A stretch of 64,000 bases of DNA. It comes from Haliotis rufescens (lineage: Eukaryota). The notes beneath the pieces are model-generated. The model was not told where the DNA came from. It saw only the letters and a program-made list of their open reading frames with translations, and ran no database searches. Shown piece after piece: positions 41,252 through 54,714 of this stretch. Position 1 is the stretch's first letter. The number at the start of each line of letters is the position of its first letter. The DNA is taken from NCBI RefSeq assembly GCF_023055435.1, contig NW_025964334.1:48980001-49044000 (forward strand), in the 5' to 3' direction. The position numbers and the translations under genes are program-made.

Positions 41252-41595
41252 TACCATATTGGATATAATAAGCGCCCAGGGCGCTCTCAAAATTAGAAAT
41301 AGGGGGCTCTTATTAGAATATTATTTTGGTGAAAAACAACAGTTGAAAGACTGTAAATTTCGTGGTTTATGCTGACAGCCTGAAATATTTGTATACGACA
41401 GATATATTTTTCCAGAATTTAATTTCCCATAATTAAGGATGCATATAACACACGTATTATACACAAATAAATAAGTCTTGTGTACATTGATCAATCGGAA
41501 GGGATGCTAATTGGGATTGTTCACTAGCCAATATATTAGCAAATATCGCCGTGGGCGCTTATTAGAGCAGGGCACTTATTACGTTAAATACGGTA
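41252..41595. mobile_element. pogo/Tigger-like MITE
   Basis: TA-ccatattggatataataagcgccc ... cttattacgttaaatacgg-TA. Confidence 0.9.
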
Positions 41596-42281
41596 TCTGA
41601 AATTTGGATTAAACATTAAAACAAGGCTTCATAAATTTCCACCGAGTATTTGATTGGTGACAATATTCTACATGTCAGTGTCACGTGTGGTTTATAAGTG
41701 TTATTGCACAATGGTGTTATTTACTCACTGGGGGACTGGCCATTGTATTTGATTCCCACGTGAGTGAGATCATCCACAATGTACTGTCTGGGTGTGACAG
41801 TTCGTATTCAGTGAAATCCACACACAAGGAAGAACTCCAGTAGAAGCGATTGTTCAACTACAGCAGAGAATAGCTGTACAATTGCTGATGTGGTGTTGGG
41901 CAATAGCTCACTCACTCATTCAGTGTTCAAATAACATGTGATGTGAAGGGGCTGTCACGAATCTAAGGTTCGTGATTAAAATTTTTGTGAGTCACGATTA
42001 ATATCTCGCCCAGATTATCAAGGACCTGACACCTCTCTTAATGACAGGCACCTCTCTTAATTATGAACTCTGTCATGAATCTAATGTTCGTGATTCAAAA
42101 TTTTAGGAGTTACGATTAATACCTCACCATATAACTGGAATATTGTTTAGTACGGCGTTAAACAACAAACAAACAAACAAACTCTCTTTTAAGTGTGAAT
42201 TGTAAGACAGATCCTGATATTTTTTAGGTTTTTAGAGTATTGTATTTGATCTAACACCCCCTTGACATTCATTCTGTTTTT

Positions 42282-42522
42282 AACCTGTGAACATCTGGGT
42301 TCGAATTGGTCTTCAGCAGTCCATGCTTGTCGTAAGAGGCGACTAACGGGATCAGGTTGTCAGGCTCGCTGTCTTGGTTGATGCATGTCATCGTATCCCA
42401 ATCACGTGGATCAATGCTCATGATGTCAATCTCTGGATTGTTTGGTCCAGACTGGATTATTTTCAGACCGTTGTCTACAGCTGGAACATTGCTGAGTGCA
42501 GCCTTAAACAACAAACAAACAA
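42282..42522 (+). mobile_element. SINE-like family C, full length
   Basis: acctgtgaacatctgggttcgaattggtcttcagcagtccatgcttgtcgtaagaggcgactaacggg ... (AAAC)n; approximate TSD tcattc(t/a)gt. Confidence 0.9.
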
Positions 42523-43879
42523 TCATTCAGTGTCTCATACTTTCTGGTACCGAGTTTCATTGCAGATAAAGACACATTACCTAGTCACAAGAAAATTAGA
42601 AAAATTGTCTTCATGTAATTAAGCATTCCTTTATCTTTATATTGATCTAGGTCCAGTCGAGTAGATGGCACTCCACATGTTGTTTGAACTCATAAAACTT
42701 TCTAGGACTTCCTATTGGCCCAAGGAATTTGTTTACTTGTGTAAAGCTAGACTTTAATGAAATCATTAAATCTTTAAAGCATACCACGGCTTCATATTTC
42801 TGAGAGCCCCATATCCGAATTTTGAATACATATTGATGACAGTAAGACCTGGATACAATCTTGGCCATGAGGGAAATTTGAAAATAGGGAAAAAAAGTAG
42901 TTTAACTTAATTAGGGACAGAGTGATCTTTTATATATTTTGTATGTTCAGTCAAGTCAAAAACTTTATGAATTAGTAAACTATAGATTAAACGTCCTAGG
43001 TATTTACACTTAATATTTTGAAGTGCATTTTGTAAGTAAATCCACAATTATTGATAGATTCTTGTTAAAACTTTATTAAAAATGAATTGAAAACTTTGAT
43101 TAAATTAGAAGTTTTGTGCAGTAGCCGTTGTGATGTTTTATTTGTGATCGAGTTGCAAAAGCAGCTGTACTGTGTATTGGGAACGTGAAGCGAGCCAGGT
43201 TAAGCTTCTAGGAGTTGTCTCCCTTACATCTGTCCCAAGGCTGTGGAGTGTGCAACTGCCAGTGTGTAAAATCAGGCAGACCAGGAATTCCTCGTACATT
43301 GTACATTAGTACCACCTGACATAAGGGTACGTACCAGTTTGCATGGATACTCAGAATCTACTAATACTGCCAGGTCTAGAGAGAGAAACTATCATGTCAG
43401 TTATATATCTCATGATTAATATTATAGTAACGTGAACCTTTTTATAACTTGGATCATAGATGTATTCAGGATGGGGTGGAGTTTTGGGGGTGGGTGATAG
43501 GGTTGGGGGGGTCCTGCATTTGTAGGTGCAGAAGTTGAGATTAGTTAATATGGTAGGCCATTGACAGATGTTCTAAAATACAATGACATAAAGGAAAGGA
43601 AAGTGTCCTAAAGAAATGTTTGATTAAGATAAATTAGTGACTATTGCTTAATGCTGCATCAACAATCCTGCAACTATGCACGACATAAATTCATAAAATA
43701 AAACAACATAAACATGTCCAAAACAATTTCTAAAATGTGTTAATAATTAGGAAACACCATGTTATATATTGTTAAAATCATGGAAATGTCTTATAACCCT
43801 TGGACCATTTGTCTGTAGCAGGGCTTCTGCATGAAGGTAGAACAAATGATTCTCTCAGCCTCATTGTAAAAACACAAAA

Positions 43880-44635
43880 AAGTATTGAACACCAAAAGTA
43901 TTGGACACCTGAACTATTAAATACAAAAATAAGTGAATATCAAAACTACTCAACACCTCAACTATTAAACACTCAAACTATATGGGAACCTGAAATACTG
44001 AACACCCAAAGTAATGAACATCCAAAGTATTGAACATTGAACACCCAATCTCTTGAACATCCAACACATAAACTGTCGAACACCAAAACTAATTAAGAAC
44101 ATGAAATATGGAACACCCAAACTATTGGACATCGAACATCTGAAACAAAGAACATCCAAACTATTGAACACCCAAACTATTGAGCCTCGAACATCTGAAA
44201 CAAAGAACACCCAAACTATTGAACACCCAAACTATTGAACCTTGAACATCCAAACTATTGAACCTTGAACATCCAAACTATTGAACACCCAAACTATTGA
44301 GCCTCGAACATTCAAACTATTGAACATCCAACACTCAAATATTGAACATCAAACCCCCAAACTATTGACCATCGAGCACCCAAACTATTGACCATCGAGC
44401 ACCCAAACTATTGACCATCGAGCACCCAAACTATTGACCATCGAGCACCCAAACTATTGAGCCTCGACCATCTGAAACAAAGAACACCAAACTATTGAAC
44501 AACGAACATCCAAACTATTGAACATCCAACACTCAAATATTGAACATCCAACACCCAAACTATTGAACCTGGAACACAAACAATTGAACATCCAGACTAA
44601 TAAACAAAAATTAATAAACACCCAAACTACTGACG
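43880..44635. repeat. Degenerate short-period repeat (ccaaactattgaaca core)
   Basis: Recurring motif with 14-22-bp periods. Confidence 0.9.
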
Positions 44636-45124
44636 TGTGTGCACAAACAATTAAATGCCAGAACTATATTTCATGACTAATTTTAAGCATTTTATTTGAA
44701 TTATTCTACCGAGTCATCGTTTTTTCTTGTGAACTTGTGCACTAAGAAATTATCTGTACTATTAGCTACACTGAATGGTAATTGCTATTGATTCCCATTT
44801 TTAATACAATTGTTTAATTATACAGTCCTGTTGAGTTTTCAGTAGAATTTCCCTCATTTTTTCCGTACCTAATTATTAGGGGGGCTATCTTTAGATTTAA
44901 TTTCAGAGTTACCTCATACCAGGAAATTGGGGGTTTGTCTGAAATCTGATTTTAGATGGGTGACCGAAATTTATTGAGATCTCAAAATTTGTTTGTTTTG
45001 AAAAGATTTGAACTTGATTTGAAAGTTACCACTTTCATTTGTGTGAAATCAACAGACGATCGAAATGGTGTAAAGAATTTCAGCACCACCTGTTGAGGAG
45101 AACTGGTTAGATGTATCAACAACG

Positions 45125-45352
45125 TGGGCGTTTCGGATCAGAATAAGTCGTCAGCAACTTAGAGGAGACCAAATGGATCAGGTGGTCGGACACAGTGACT
45201 TGGTTGATGGCGTGTTCTCGTACCCTGACGGTGTGGATCGTTTTACGCATTATTGATCACTGGATTGTCTGGTCCAGACTTGTTTATTTACAGGCTGCTG
45301 TCATATAGCTGGAATATTGCTGAGTGCTGTGCAAACAAGCAAACAGCAAACA
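45125..45352 (+). mobile_element. SINE-like family C, old copy
   Basis: ggatcaggtggtc..cactggattgtctggtccagact..ctggaatattgctgagtgc. Confidence 0.85.
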
Positions 45353-46869
45353 ATTAACAGACAGATGTATGAAGCCTCTCAAATATTAGAGATGGCAAAC
45401 CAACACTGGCCTTCAGTCACAAGTTCCACATTTTGTACTGCCTTCCTAACACTGTATGTGAAGAGTGGTTGTCTTACATACATCATTTCCTTAATTAAGT
45501 GAAGAATAGTTGTCTCATATACAGTATTTTATACAGTACTTGTTGAGCAGTTGTCTCCTATACAGTATTTCATACAGTAATTAATTAACAGTTTTCTTGA
45601 ATACAGTATTTCTTATAGAACATGGTGAGCAGTTGTCTTGTATACAGTATGTCATACAATAATTAATGGGTAGTTTTCTTGAAAACAGTATTTCTTATAG
45701 AACATGGTGAGCAGTTGTCTTGTATACAGTATTTCCTATTAAACATGAAAATTAGTTGTTTTAAGTGCAATATTTCATCCCTTCATCATTATTTGTGAAT
45801 TGATCTTGATTGGTCAAGGCAGAAATTGATGTTTTTCACGATTTTAGTAGAAATGACTACAGGAAGGTAACTATCTGACAGTACATGCTTGTACATGTCA
45901 GAAACAAAAACCTGCCGTTGACCTCTCCTTGAGAATATTGAAATAATGTTTTCCTCATCATTAATGATGCAGTACTATACCCAAAAATATAAAATTAAAG
46001 AGGAAATTAAACAATAATTCATTCAAAATGTAAAACTTTTGTTTGAAATGTTTAAATATTTATGTAATGACTCACACAGGAAAAAGTAGATAGCATCTCA
46101 CAATACACTCCAGCTTTACACCGAAACCAAGTACAAGTTACTCTTTTATTAGTTAAGTTATTGTAATTTCCTTTTGAATAAAAATATGGGTGTATAAAGA
46201 ATTTGTTTTTGAAATGTCAAACTTATGGGAACAGGATACAATAGTTGCCATTTTCTCAGAGGAAGACCGGGAGGGAGCCGGTATTGTGAGATACTTGACT
46301 CATTTCAGTAGGTAGCGATTTGGTGCAAATCTCTAACGCCTGACAGGCCCTTCAAAAGACAGGCGAACCAACTAACTAGACTTTCTACATCCTGTTTTTA
46401 AAAAATCTAATTTTAAGTTTGGAAGAACTTTGACAACTCTCTTTGGTCTAGTATTGTACTAGGGAAGTTATTTAGAAGTTGCTTGTGTGAAAACGGTGTT
46501 CAAGGCTACTGTTTTCCTCAATGTGTGATATTAATGCATATTTTTTAATGCATAGGATTTAACCAAATATTTGTTTATGATTGATCAGATTATTATTTTG
46601 TATATCTTACTGAAACATTTTCATGTATATAATGCATATATATTAATGCACAAGATTAAAACAAATACTTTTTTATTATGAAGCTTATCATTTCGTATAT
46701 TTTACTGAAACCTTTTCATGTATTTAAATGCATATATATTAATGCACAAGATTTGCACAGTTTGTTGATCATGAAGGAGAATTGGAGACTTGTATGTCCA
46801 TGTGTACAACAAAATATGAGAATATGTAGCATTGTTCTGAGACCCTCCCCAAATTGTGTTCATGGCCTT

Positions 46870-47215
46870 CATTAAAACCACTAATATTTGTAGTTTAACA
46901 GTTAACTCAAGTTCATGAACATCACTGATATTTGTAGCTTAACAGTTAACACAAATTCATTAAAACCACTAATATTTGTAGTTTAACAGTTAACTCAAGT
47001 TCATGAACATCACTGATATTTGTAGCTTAACAGTTAACACAAATTCATGAAAACCACGGATATTTGTAGTTTAACAGTTAACACAAGTTCATGAAAACCA
47101 CGGATATTTGTAATCTAACAGTTAACACAAATTCATGAAAACCACGGATATTTGTAGTGTAACAGTTAACACAAATTCATGAAAAGCCCACAGAAGTGTG
47201 TAGTTAACAGTCAAC
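46870..47215. repeat. Minisatellite, ~43-bp unit, ~8 copies
   Basis: aaaccac..atatttgtagtttaacagttaacacaaattcatg. Confidence 0.9.
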
Positions 47216-48124
47216 ACGACTACAGTTTTTCATGATCTTGCAAGGTATATTTTTTACCCTGTTCAGTCCACCCCTTTATTTATCAATGACCATGCTAAAT
47301 AATCAAGTCTTATGATACAAATCACTTCTTAATATCTTACAGTTCTGTCCCAAGTTTGTGGTATTATATTCTTCTACCACCCCAAATAACCAACCCTCAT
47401 ACGTGATAATATTCTCATAGTTAATAAGTCTGCAGTTAAAGATTTTCCTAAGATTTCTAAATGTTTTCCGCTTTTTGCCTGATAGGGTCATAGCCCTTCG
47501 ACTACCAGCTGTTGAATGAGCAAGATTGTTTTCTGCGGGATCAATATCGGACAATAGGCGCTGATTGCGTGCCCCGGGGTGCTCCGTGCTTTCTGCTCAT
47601 CCCCTTGTACCCTTGTCGTCGCGTCCGCGCTTTAATGACGGTCACCGCTACAAAAATACAATACAGGGTAAAGATTGCCTGAGCGCTGAGATTGTACGAG
47701 ATGAGAAATCATTTACAAGAATACTCTTATGTTCTCTCCTCGGGATGATGGATACCACGATTCTACCCAGAAATTTAAATTGGAAAAAATTATGTCATTA
47801 AAATCTGCACTTACATGATGGTGAGAATTCAGACAGAATTTGGTTCACCGCTTGTTGTGGATTTTGTAATGCATTGCACAGAAACGATGCAGTAAGGACG
47901 GGGTTTGTTTTTCGGTTCCCTGTAGTTTGGACAACGTTGTTTTCTCTTTGCTGCTTGTTGGGAGTGATTGATGATTGGGGATTAATTGAAAAGAATATTC
48001 TGTAATCATCAATGTCCATTTTGAAAATTGTTTCTATGATTCTTTTTTTCTAATTGCTTTTCCAATAATTTTGTCAGATTGGTCCCGATGCTTCTCTCCC
48101 TTTGCTCACTTAAGTAATACCAAG

Positions 48125-49545
48125 TCCCCAGTACCCCATGCTTGTCTCCCCAAGCTGATTCAGGACGCTCCCCAGTACCCCATGCTTGTCTCCCCAAGGG
48201 GGTTCAGGACACTCCCCAGTACCCCATGCTTGTCTCCCCAAGCCGATTCAGGACGCTCCCCAGTACCCCATGCTTGTCTCCCCAAGCCGATTCAGGACGC
48301 TCCCCAGTACCCAATGCTTGTCTCCCCAAGCCGATTCAGGACGCTCCCCAGTACCCCATGCTTGTCTCCCCAAGCTGATTCAGGACGCTCCCCAGTACCC
48401 CATGCTTGTCTCCCCAAGCCGATTCAGGACGCTCCCCAGTACCCCATGCTTGTCTCCCCAAGCCGATTCAGGACGCTCCCCAGTACCCCATGCTTGTCTC
48501 CCCAAGCTGATTCAGGACGCTCCCCAGTACCCCATGCTTGTCTCCCCAAGCTGATTCAGGACGCTCCCCAGTACCCCATGCTTGTCTCCCCAAGCCGATT
48601 CAGGACGCTCCCCAGTACCCCATGCTTGTCTCCCCAAGCCGATTCAGGACGCTCCCCAGTACCCCATGCTTGTCTCCCCAAGCCGATTCAGGACACTCCC
48701 CAGTACCCCATGCTTGTCTCCCCAAGGGAATTCAGGACACTCCCCAGTACCCCATGCTTGTCTCCCCAAAGGGAATTCAGGACGCTCCCCAGTACCCCAT
48801 GCTTGTCTCCCCAAAGGGAATTCAGGACGCTCCCCAGTACCCCATGCTTGTCTCCCCAAAGGGAATTCAGGACGCTCCCCAGTACCCCATGCTTGTCTCC
48901 CCAAAGGGAATTCAGGACGCTCCCCAGTACGCCATGCTTGTCTCCCCAAAGGGAATTCAGGACGCTCCCCAGTACCCCATGCTTGTCTCCCCAAAGGAAA
49001 TTCAGGACGCTTCCCCAGTACCCCATGCTTGTCTCCCCAAAGGGAATTCAGGACGCTCCCCAGTACGCCATGCTTGTCTCCCCAAAGGGAATTCAGGACG
49101 CTCCCCAGTACGCCATGCTTGTCTCCCCAAGGGGACACAGCACACGAAGTCCTCAGTACGCCATGCTTGTCTCCCCAAAGGGATTCAGGACACTCCCCAG
49201 TACCCCTTGCTTGTCTCCCCAAGGGGATTCAGGACACTCCCCAGTACGCCATGCTTGTCTCCCCAAAGGGATTCAGGACGCTCCCCAGTACCCCATGCTT
49301 GTGTCCATAGTACGCCATGCTTGTCTCCCCAGTACCCCATGCTTGTCTCCCCAAGGGGACTTTAGTCAAAGTACCAGTACCCCATGCTTGTCTCCATAGT
49401 ACGCCATGCTTGTCTCCCCAGTACCCCATGCTTGTCTCCCCAAGGGGACTTGAGTCAAAGTCTTCAGTACCCTATGCTTGTCTCCCCAAGGGGACTTGAG
49501 TCAAAGTACCAGTACCCTATGCTTGTCTCCCCAGTGCCCCATACT
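48125..49545 (+). repeat. GC-rich satellite, 44-45-bp unit, ~30 copies, resembling the family C head
   Basis: Unit ccccagtaccccatgcttgtctccccaa(gccg/aggga)attcaggacgct; source of the 442-aa and overlapping ORFs. Confidence 0.95.
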
Positions 49546-49947
49546 TGTGTGGCCAAGAGGACTCAAGGCAGACAAATACTGTCAACCTCCCCTATATATA
49601 CACAGGAAGACAGAGTTCCATGTGAAGGTTGAAATGTCTCTATCCCTGCTCCAATCTCATGTTCATTATGTCTAGATGTGGTTAGGGAGTTTAATGCTTG
49701 AATGTAATAACATATTTTCCCCCCACAAGATCAAGGGTTGCATCCAACTTAATTACTCTTTAATTAGTCATTAAGACCATGGGTAACATGAAACAATAGT
49801 ACTGACGTGAACTGACATTGATGAAGGGTGTGCACAGCAGCTTCAAGTGCAGCATGGCATATGGTGGACTTTGGGGACAGACTATTTACTTTCAACACTT
49901 GGCATCACTTACTGACAGGTGTTAGGCAGTCCTTAATAGTATTAATA

Positions 49948-50372
49948 TGTGAGTGAGTGAGTGAGTGAGGGAGTGGGTGGGTGGGTGAGTGAGTGAGTGA
50001 GTGAGTGAGTGGGTGGTTGGGTGAGTGAGTGGGTGGTTGGGTGAGTGAGTGAGTGAGTGAGTGGGTTAGTGAGTGAGTGAGTGGGGGGTGAGTAAGTTAG
50101 TGAGTGAGTGAGGGGGGTTGAGTGAGTGAGGGAGTGGGTGAGTGAGTGAGTGGGGGGGTGAGTGAGTGAGAGAGGGAGTGAGTGAGTGGGTGGATGAGGG
50201 GGGTGAGTGAGTGAGTGAGGGAGGGAGTGGGTGGATGAGAGTGAGTGAGTGAGTGGGTGGTTGAGTGAGTGAGTGAGGGAGTGAGTGGGTGAAAGAGTGG
50301 GTGGAGAGACAGAAACATATATCATGAGAGAAAGAGAAAGAGAGAGAGAGAGATAGCGAGAGAGAGAGAGAC
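49948..50372. repeat. (GAGT/GGGT)n followed by (GA)n microsatellites
   Basis: Direct observation. Confidence 0.95.
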
Positions 50373-50917
50373 ACACAGTGGTAACAGACCAAGTATCACA
50401 ATCAGTGCGAACATGTGAAAGCATAATACTGGTTTGTGGAAAGAAAGAAAATGTTTGTGATAACATCATAGCCAATCTACGCTGTGAGAGTTGGTTCCAT
50501 TGGAAGCAAATCCTCCTACATACTAAGGGAGATAACTCCTGTATTTCAATGGCACATATTAAAGTACCCTTACAGTAACATGTAGTGTAACATGTAGTGT
50601 ACCCTACACTTTGTGTGCAACTGTGAATCACCAAGAAGCACCTAATAAGAGCCATAGAGGGACCATTTCTGTGGTATGTATTTCACTGGTGAAAAACTGT
50701 GATATGGCTTGATATAAAAGAAATATGGTTCAAGGCAGCAATTAACCAACCCATTAACTCCTCAAACGACAAAAAAAAAGAATAAAAGACAAACATATTT
50801 CAGTTTCATGCTTCATCGATGCATGGTAGATATTTGTCAGTGGGTATTTTAATTTTAATTTTATCTTACTCTTCCTTTAGTTTTACATCACAAGTCCAAT
50901 ATAGTTGCTAGAGGAGT

Positions 50918-51109
50918 GGGACTGGTTTTAATTTCCTGAAAACAATTGTAACAGTTCGAAATCTTTCTGCACATTACTTTCAAGTAAATAAATTCTGGTT
51001 CTAATTTCCTGAAAACATTTGTTACGTTTAGTAAATAAAAATTAAGGACGGAGACAATTAGTATTTGTTAGGAAAATAGTTTCTGGAAATAGAAGTTAAA
51101 ACAAGTCCT
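50918..51109. mobile_element. Small MITE
   Basis: TIR gggactggttttaatttc / gaagttaaaacaagtcct; internal duplicated ttcctgaaaaca. Confidence 0.6.
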
Positions 51110-51229
51110 TGTTTGTGAGGCTTGTGCTTGTGTTTGGTTTGTCTTATCTGGTTTGTCTGTTCTTTTCCTTGTGGACTGTCTCTTAACGGGAACAAGAGGG
51201 AGATCTTCCTGGGAGTACTTCAATACTGT

Positions 51230-51440
51230 TTGGTAGCTTTGTGGTTAAAGCATTGGCTTATTAAGCATGAAGTCTAGGTTTTAATCCCCAGTGTGCCAAC
51301 CTTGAAACCCACTCGGTCACTCACTCGGTCACTCACTCGGTCACTCACTCACTCGGTCACTCACTCACTCACTCACTCACTCACTCACTCACTCACTCAC
51401 TCACTCACTCACTCACTCACTCACTCACTCACCCACTCAT
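51230..51440 (+). mobile_element. Degenerate family A head plus (ACTC)n
   Basis: ggtagctttgtggttaaagcattggc..ggttttaatcccc followed by a long ACTC run. Confidence 0.65.
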
Positions 51441-53179
51441 CGGTATAAAGGTAATAATCGTTCATTTCAATAATTTCCCAGAATGCAGAGTTTCAAGAAT
51501 AAAAATACAACATTGTTATTAAAATAATGAAATTGTATGTCCTTTTTACTGTCAAACAAATTAGAGCATAACCTTTAGGATAACATCGGATGCTATTCTC
51601 ACTTATTAATGGACATCTTAGGGGACATATTTAAATATAGCTTCATAACCTTTGTGTTAATTAGTAAACTTGTGGATCTGAAACTGTTACTGTTTGAAAC
51701 TGTTTATGAAATTCTATTCCCGAGGAATCACAACGTGACTCTTTTAACATTCTTGTTTGTCACGTACCTGTTAGACAAAAGCCTCTACAATACTTTTGTA
51801 TAGCAAGGAAACAAAGCAACGCTTTAAAATATGCCTTTCCCCTAATACTTCCGCAATTTCAATAAACTTGAATCATTTATGTACATTTGAAATTGTGTGA
51901 TGTTGTTGGTCTAAAACTTGACAAAAATCCTTGGCTCGTTAGAAGTTTGCAAGAATGTCGCTAGTCGCCTTTCACTGGATACGGAATAGGGCTCAGGAAG
52001 TATTGTCTTCCAATTTGACCGGGGGAGAAAGATTGCATGGATTGTTTGTGTGTTTGACAAGCACTGCCTTTTTAAATACTCTTCAGTGGCGAGCGAAATT
52101 AAGAAATGAATAAGCAAATAATGATTTATTTAAACGGGAATTTAGCCGAATCTTGGTAAATACACGTTGACAACTGAGGATAGCGGTGATTGAAGTGTGG
52201 CTTCGAAGGGGCTTCAACTTACCAGTCGCTTCCTAATTCGGAACCAGAAAAGAGAATAGCGAACATAAGACAAGGATTGAAGTGCTGCTACAATACCTAG
52301 ATGAAAACACAAGTTAGAATGACAAGCATGGTGCCATGGCGTGCCCGCATGTTTAAGAGCATGTGCAGAGAGCGTCGTGATCCCTTGGTGTGTCTGGTGC
52401 TGCCGATAGGGCCCCGGCTTACTAGGCATTACCTTCATGCATTCCTCTGATACCGTTGTGTTTCTGCTACTTTGAAGAGCAGACTCGGGGACCTAATGCT
52501 GTCATACGCAATCCCTCACATACAAGCAGCCAAAGGCATTGTAATCGGGGTATTTGGTGGCAACAGAGGCTGGTGTTTGTTTTCTAATGTCCCAGTTGTT
52601 AAAGGATCATTACTCCTAATCACGGTCCTTACACCAGATGAAAGACCATACGGAAAATACGCAAGTTAAATTTTAGCAATTTGAATTGAAACCATGTTAA
52701 CGATTTTCCATGTTTCCAATTTTAGCCTGAATTGCATTGTGGGTGTTATGACAGGTTCGGTCGGATCAATGTACATGATATATCATGAGAGCGTAATCAC
52801 ACTCCATCCGATTTATGAGTGTGATCTAATTTTCTCAGACAGTGGTAAGTAACTCAGTTCATAGTTTTCAATAATGGGGTTTTATGAAATCAAACGAAGG
52901 CGACAAATCCCCCTGTAGATCGTCTGTTGTGCATTCTGAGGTTGTGCCAAGCAAGCACGACTGTTGTGGCTTATTGTGCGTTTTGAAATCTGTGGAAGTT
53001 GGACTTTCGGAGTTAAAAGTGGAAAGTTTGGCAGATATATACAGGGACAAGATGGGGATATAACTGGAAATATGTTCCCTTGTGCCAAGAGTGAACAGTC
53101 TGCTGATAGTCTCGTGGCTCTGTCGTATGTTGATGTTCTTGTTTTACAACACTGAAGCCTGTACTTGACAACATCACGT

Positions 53180-53692
53180 GGCAACATCGCCTGACACAAT
53201 TCTGGCATCACCTGACACAATCCTGGCATCGCCTGACACAATCCTGGCATCGCCTGACACAATTCTGGCAACATCGCCTGACACAATCCTTGCAACATCA
53301 CCTGACACAATCCTGGCAACATCACCTGACACAATCCTGGCATCGCCTGACACAATCCTGGCATCGCCTGACACAATTCTGGCAACATCGCCTGACACAA
53401 TCCTTGCAACATCACCTGACACAATCCTGGCAACATCATCTGACACAATCCTGGCATCGCCTGACACAATATGGCATAGCCTGACACAATCCTGGCATCA
53501 CTTGACACAATCCTGGCAACATCATCTGACACAATCCTGGCATCACCTGACACAATCCTGGCAACATCACCTGACACAAGCCTGGAAACATCCCCTGACA
53601 CAGTCCTGGCATCACCCGACACAATCCTGGCATCACCTGACACAATCCTGGAAACATCACCTGACACAATCCTGGAAACATAACCTGACAAA
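53180..53692. repeat. Minisatellite, 21/24-bp unit, ~22 copies
   Basis: cctgacacaatcctggc(aac)atc(g/a). Confidence 0.95.
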
Positions 53693-54420
53693 CTAGACTC
53701 CTGCCAGTGCAAATACCTCACAAACCAGTACTGTAACATCAGAAACAATACTTACCAGAGCTGATATCTGAGCTGATAGAATGTATGATGAAAAGACAAA
53801 AAATACAAAGAACAAAATTAACAGTCGAAAAAACAAGTGAAGACCAAATAAACCCTGATAATGCAGATTTAAATCCAATATCTGACTAACCAAATTCCTG
53901 ATAATGCTTAATTTGTAAATTTTCTACTTAATAAGAAATTATCAGTAAACAGAACAAAAACCCTGCAAAAACGTGTTTTTATGTCTCAGTGTCTGTTTCC
54001 AAGGCTTCAGCGTCGACACAATCCTGGGTGTAACATGTGAGTCACACTCTGAAATATGGCTTTCATTAATCAACTTATTAAGTAATGAGGAAACTGAAAG
54101 ATGCTTACGAAGAGATATCTATAGGGTATTCAGAACAAAGTGAAAATGTCAGGGAAAAAGATGTCAATCCAGTGATGATGGTGATGATGATGATGATAAT
54201 AATCCATTTATTTGGCACTGTACTCCCTGCATTAAGCATGCTCTGTGCGCTTAGACATTATTATCATTCTCAGCTCCCTGGGGAGTATACCACCCGAACA
54301 AAGTCGCTTGCTCGAGGAGACACCACATATGTTACATGTGCTTCATGATAGATCTGGCGTTGAGAGCAACTTAAATCAGTCTCTGATTTTAGCCACTAGT
54401 CCAAAAACCTGAGTCTGGTG

Positions 54421-54680
54421 GGTGAAGATCCGGGTTCCAATTGGTCTTCGGCTAGTCGTAAGAGGCGACTAACAGGATTGGGTGGTCAGGCTCACTGACC
54501 TGTTTGATGCATCATATCCCAATTGCGTGGATTGATGCTCATGATGTCAATCACTGGATTCCCTGCTCCAGACTCCATTATTGGTAGACACCGTCAAAAA
54601 GTGTGGCGTAAAATAACAAACAAATCTCACTCACTCACTCACTCACTCACTCACTCACTCACTCACTCACTCACTCACTC
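54421..54680 (+). mobile_element. SINE-like family C plus (ACTC)n
   Basis: gtgaagatccgggttccaattggtcttc..gtcgtaagaggcgactaac..gtggcgtaaaataacaaac. Confidence 0.88.
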
Positions 54681-54714
54681 TTCCAGCAATAATTCCCACT
54701 GACAACATCAAGAA

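Noticed and set aside
42282-42352. Family C head as an HDV-like ribozyme (CTAA after a hairpin)
   Set aside because: Could not build P1, P3 and P1.1 with canonical lengths.
48071-49399. 442-aa ORF and overlapping ORFs
   Set aside because: Translation of a 44-45-bp satellite that is open in several frames on both strands.
52882-53748. 288-aa ORF with IVSGDVAR repeats
   Set aside because: 21/24-bp minisatellite open in multiple frames and frameshifted internally.
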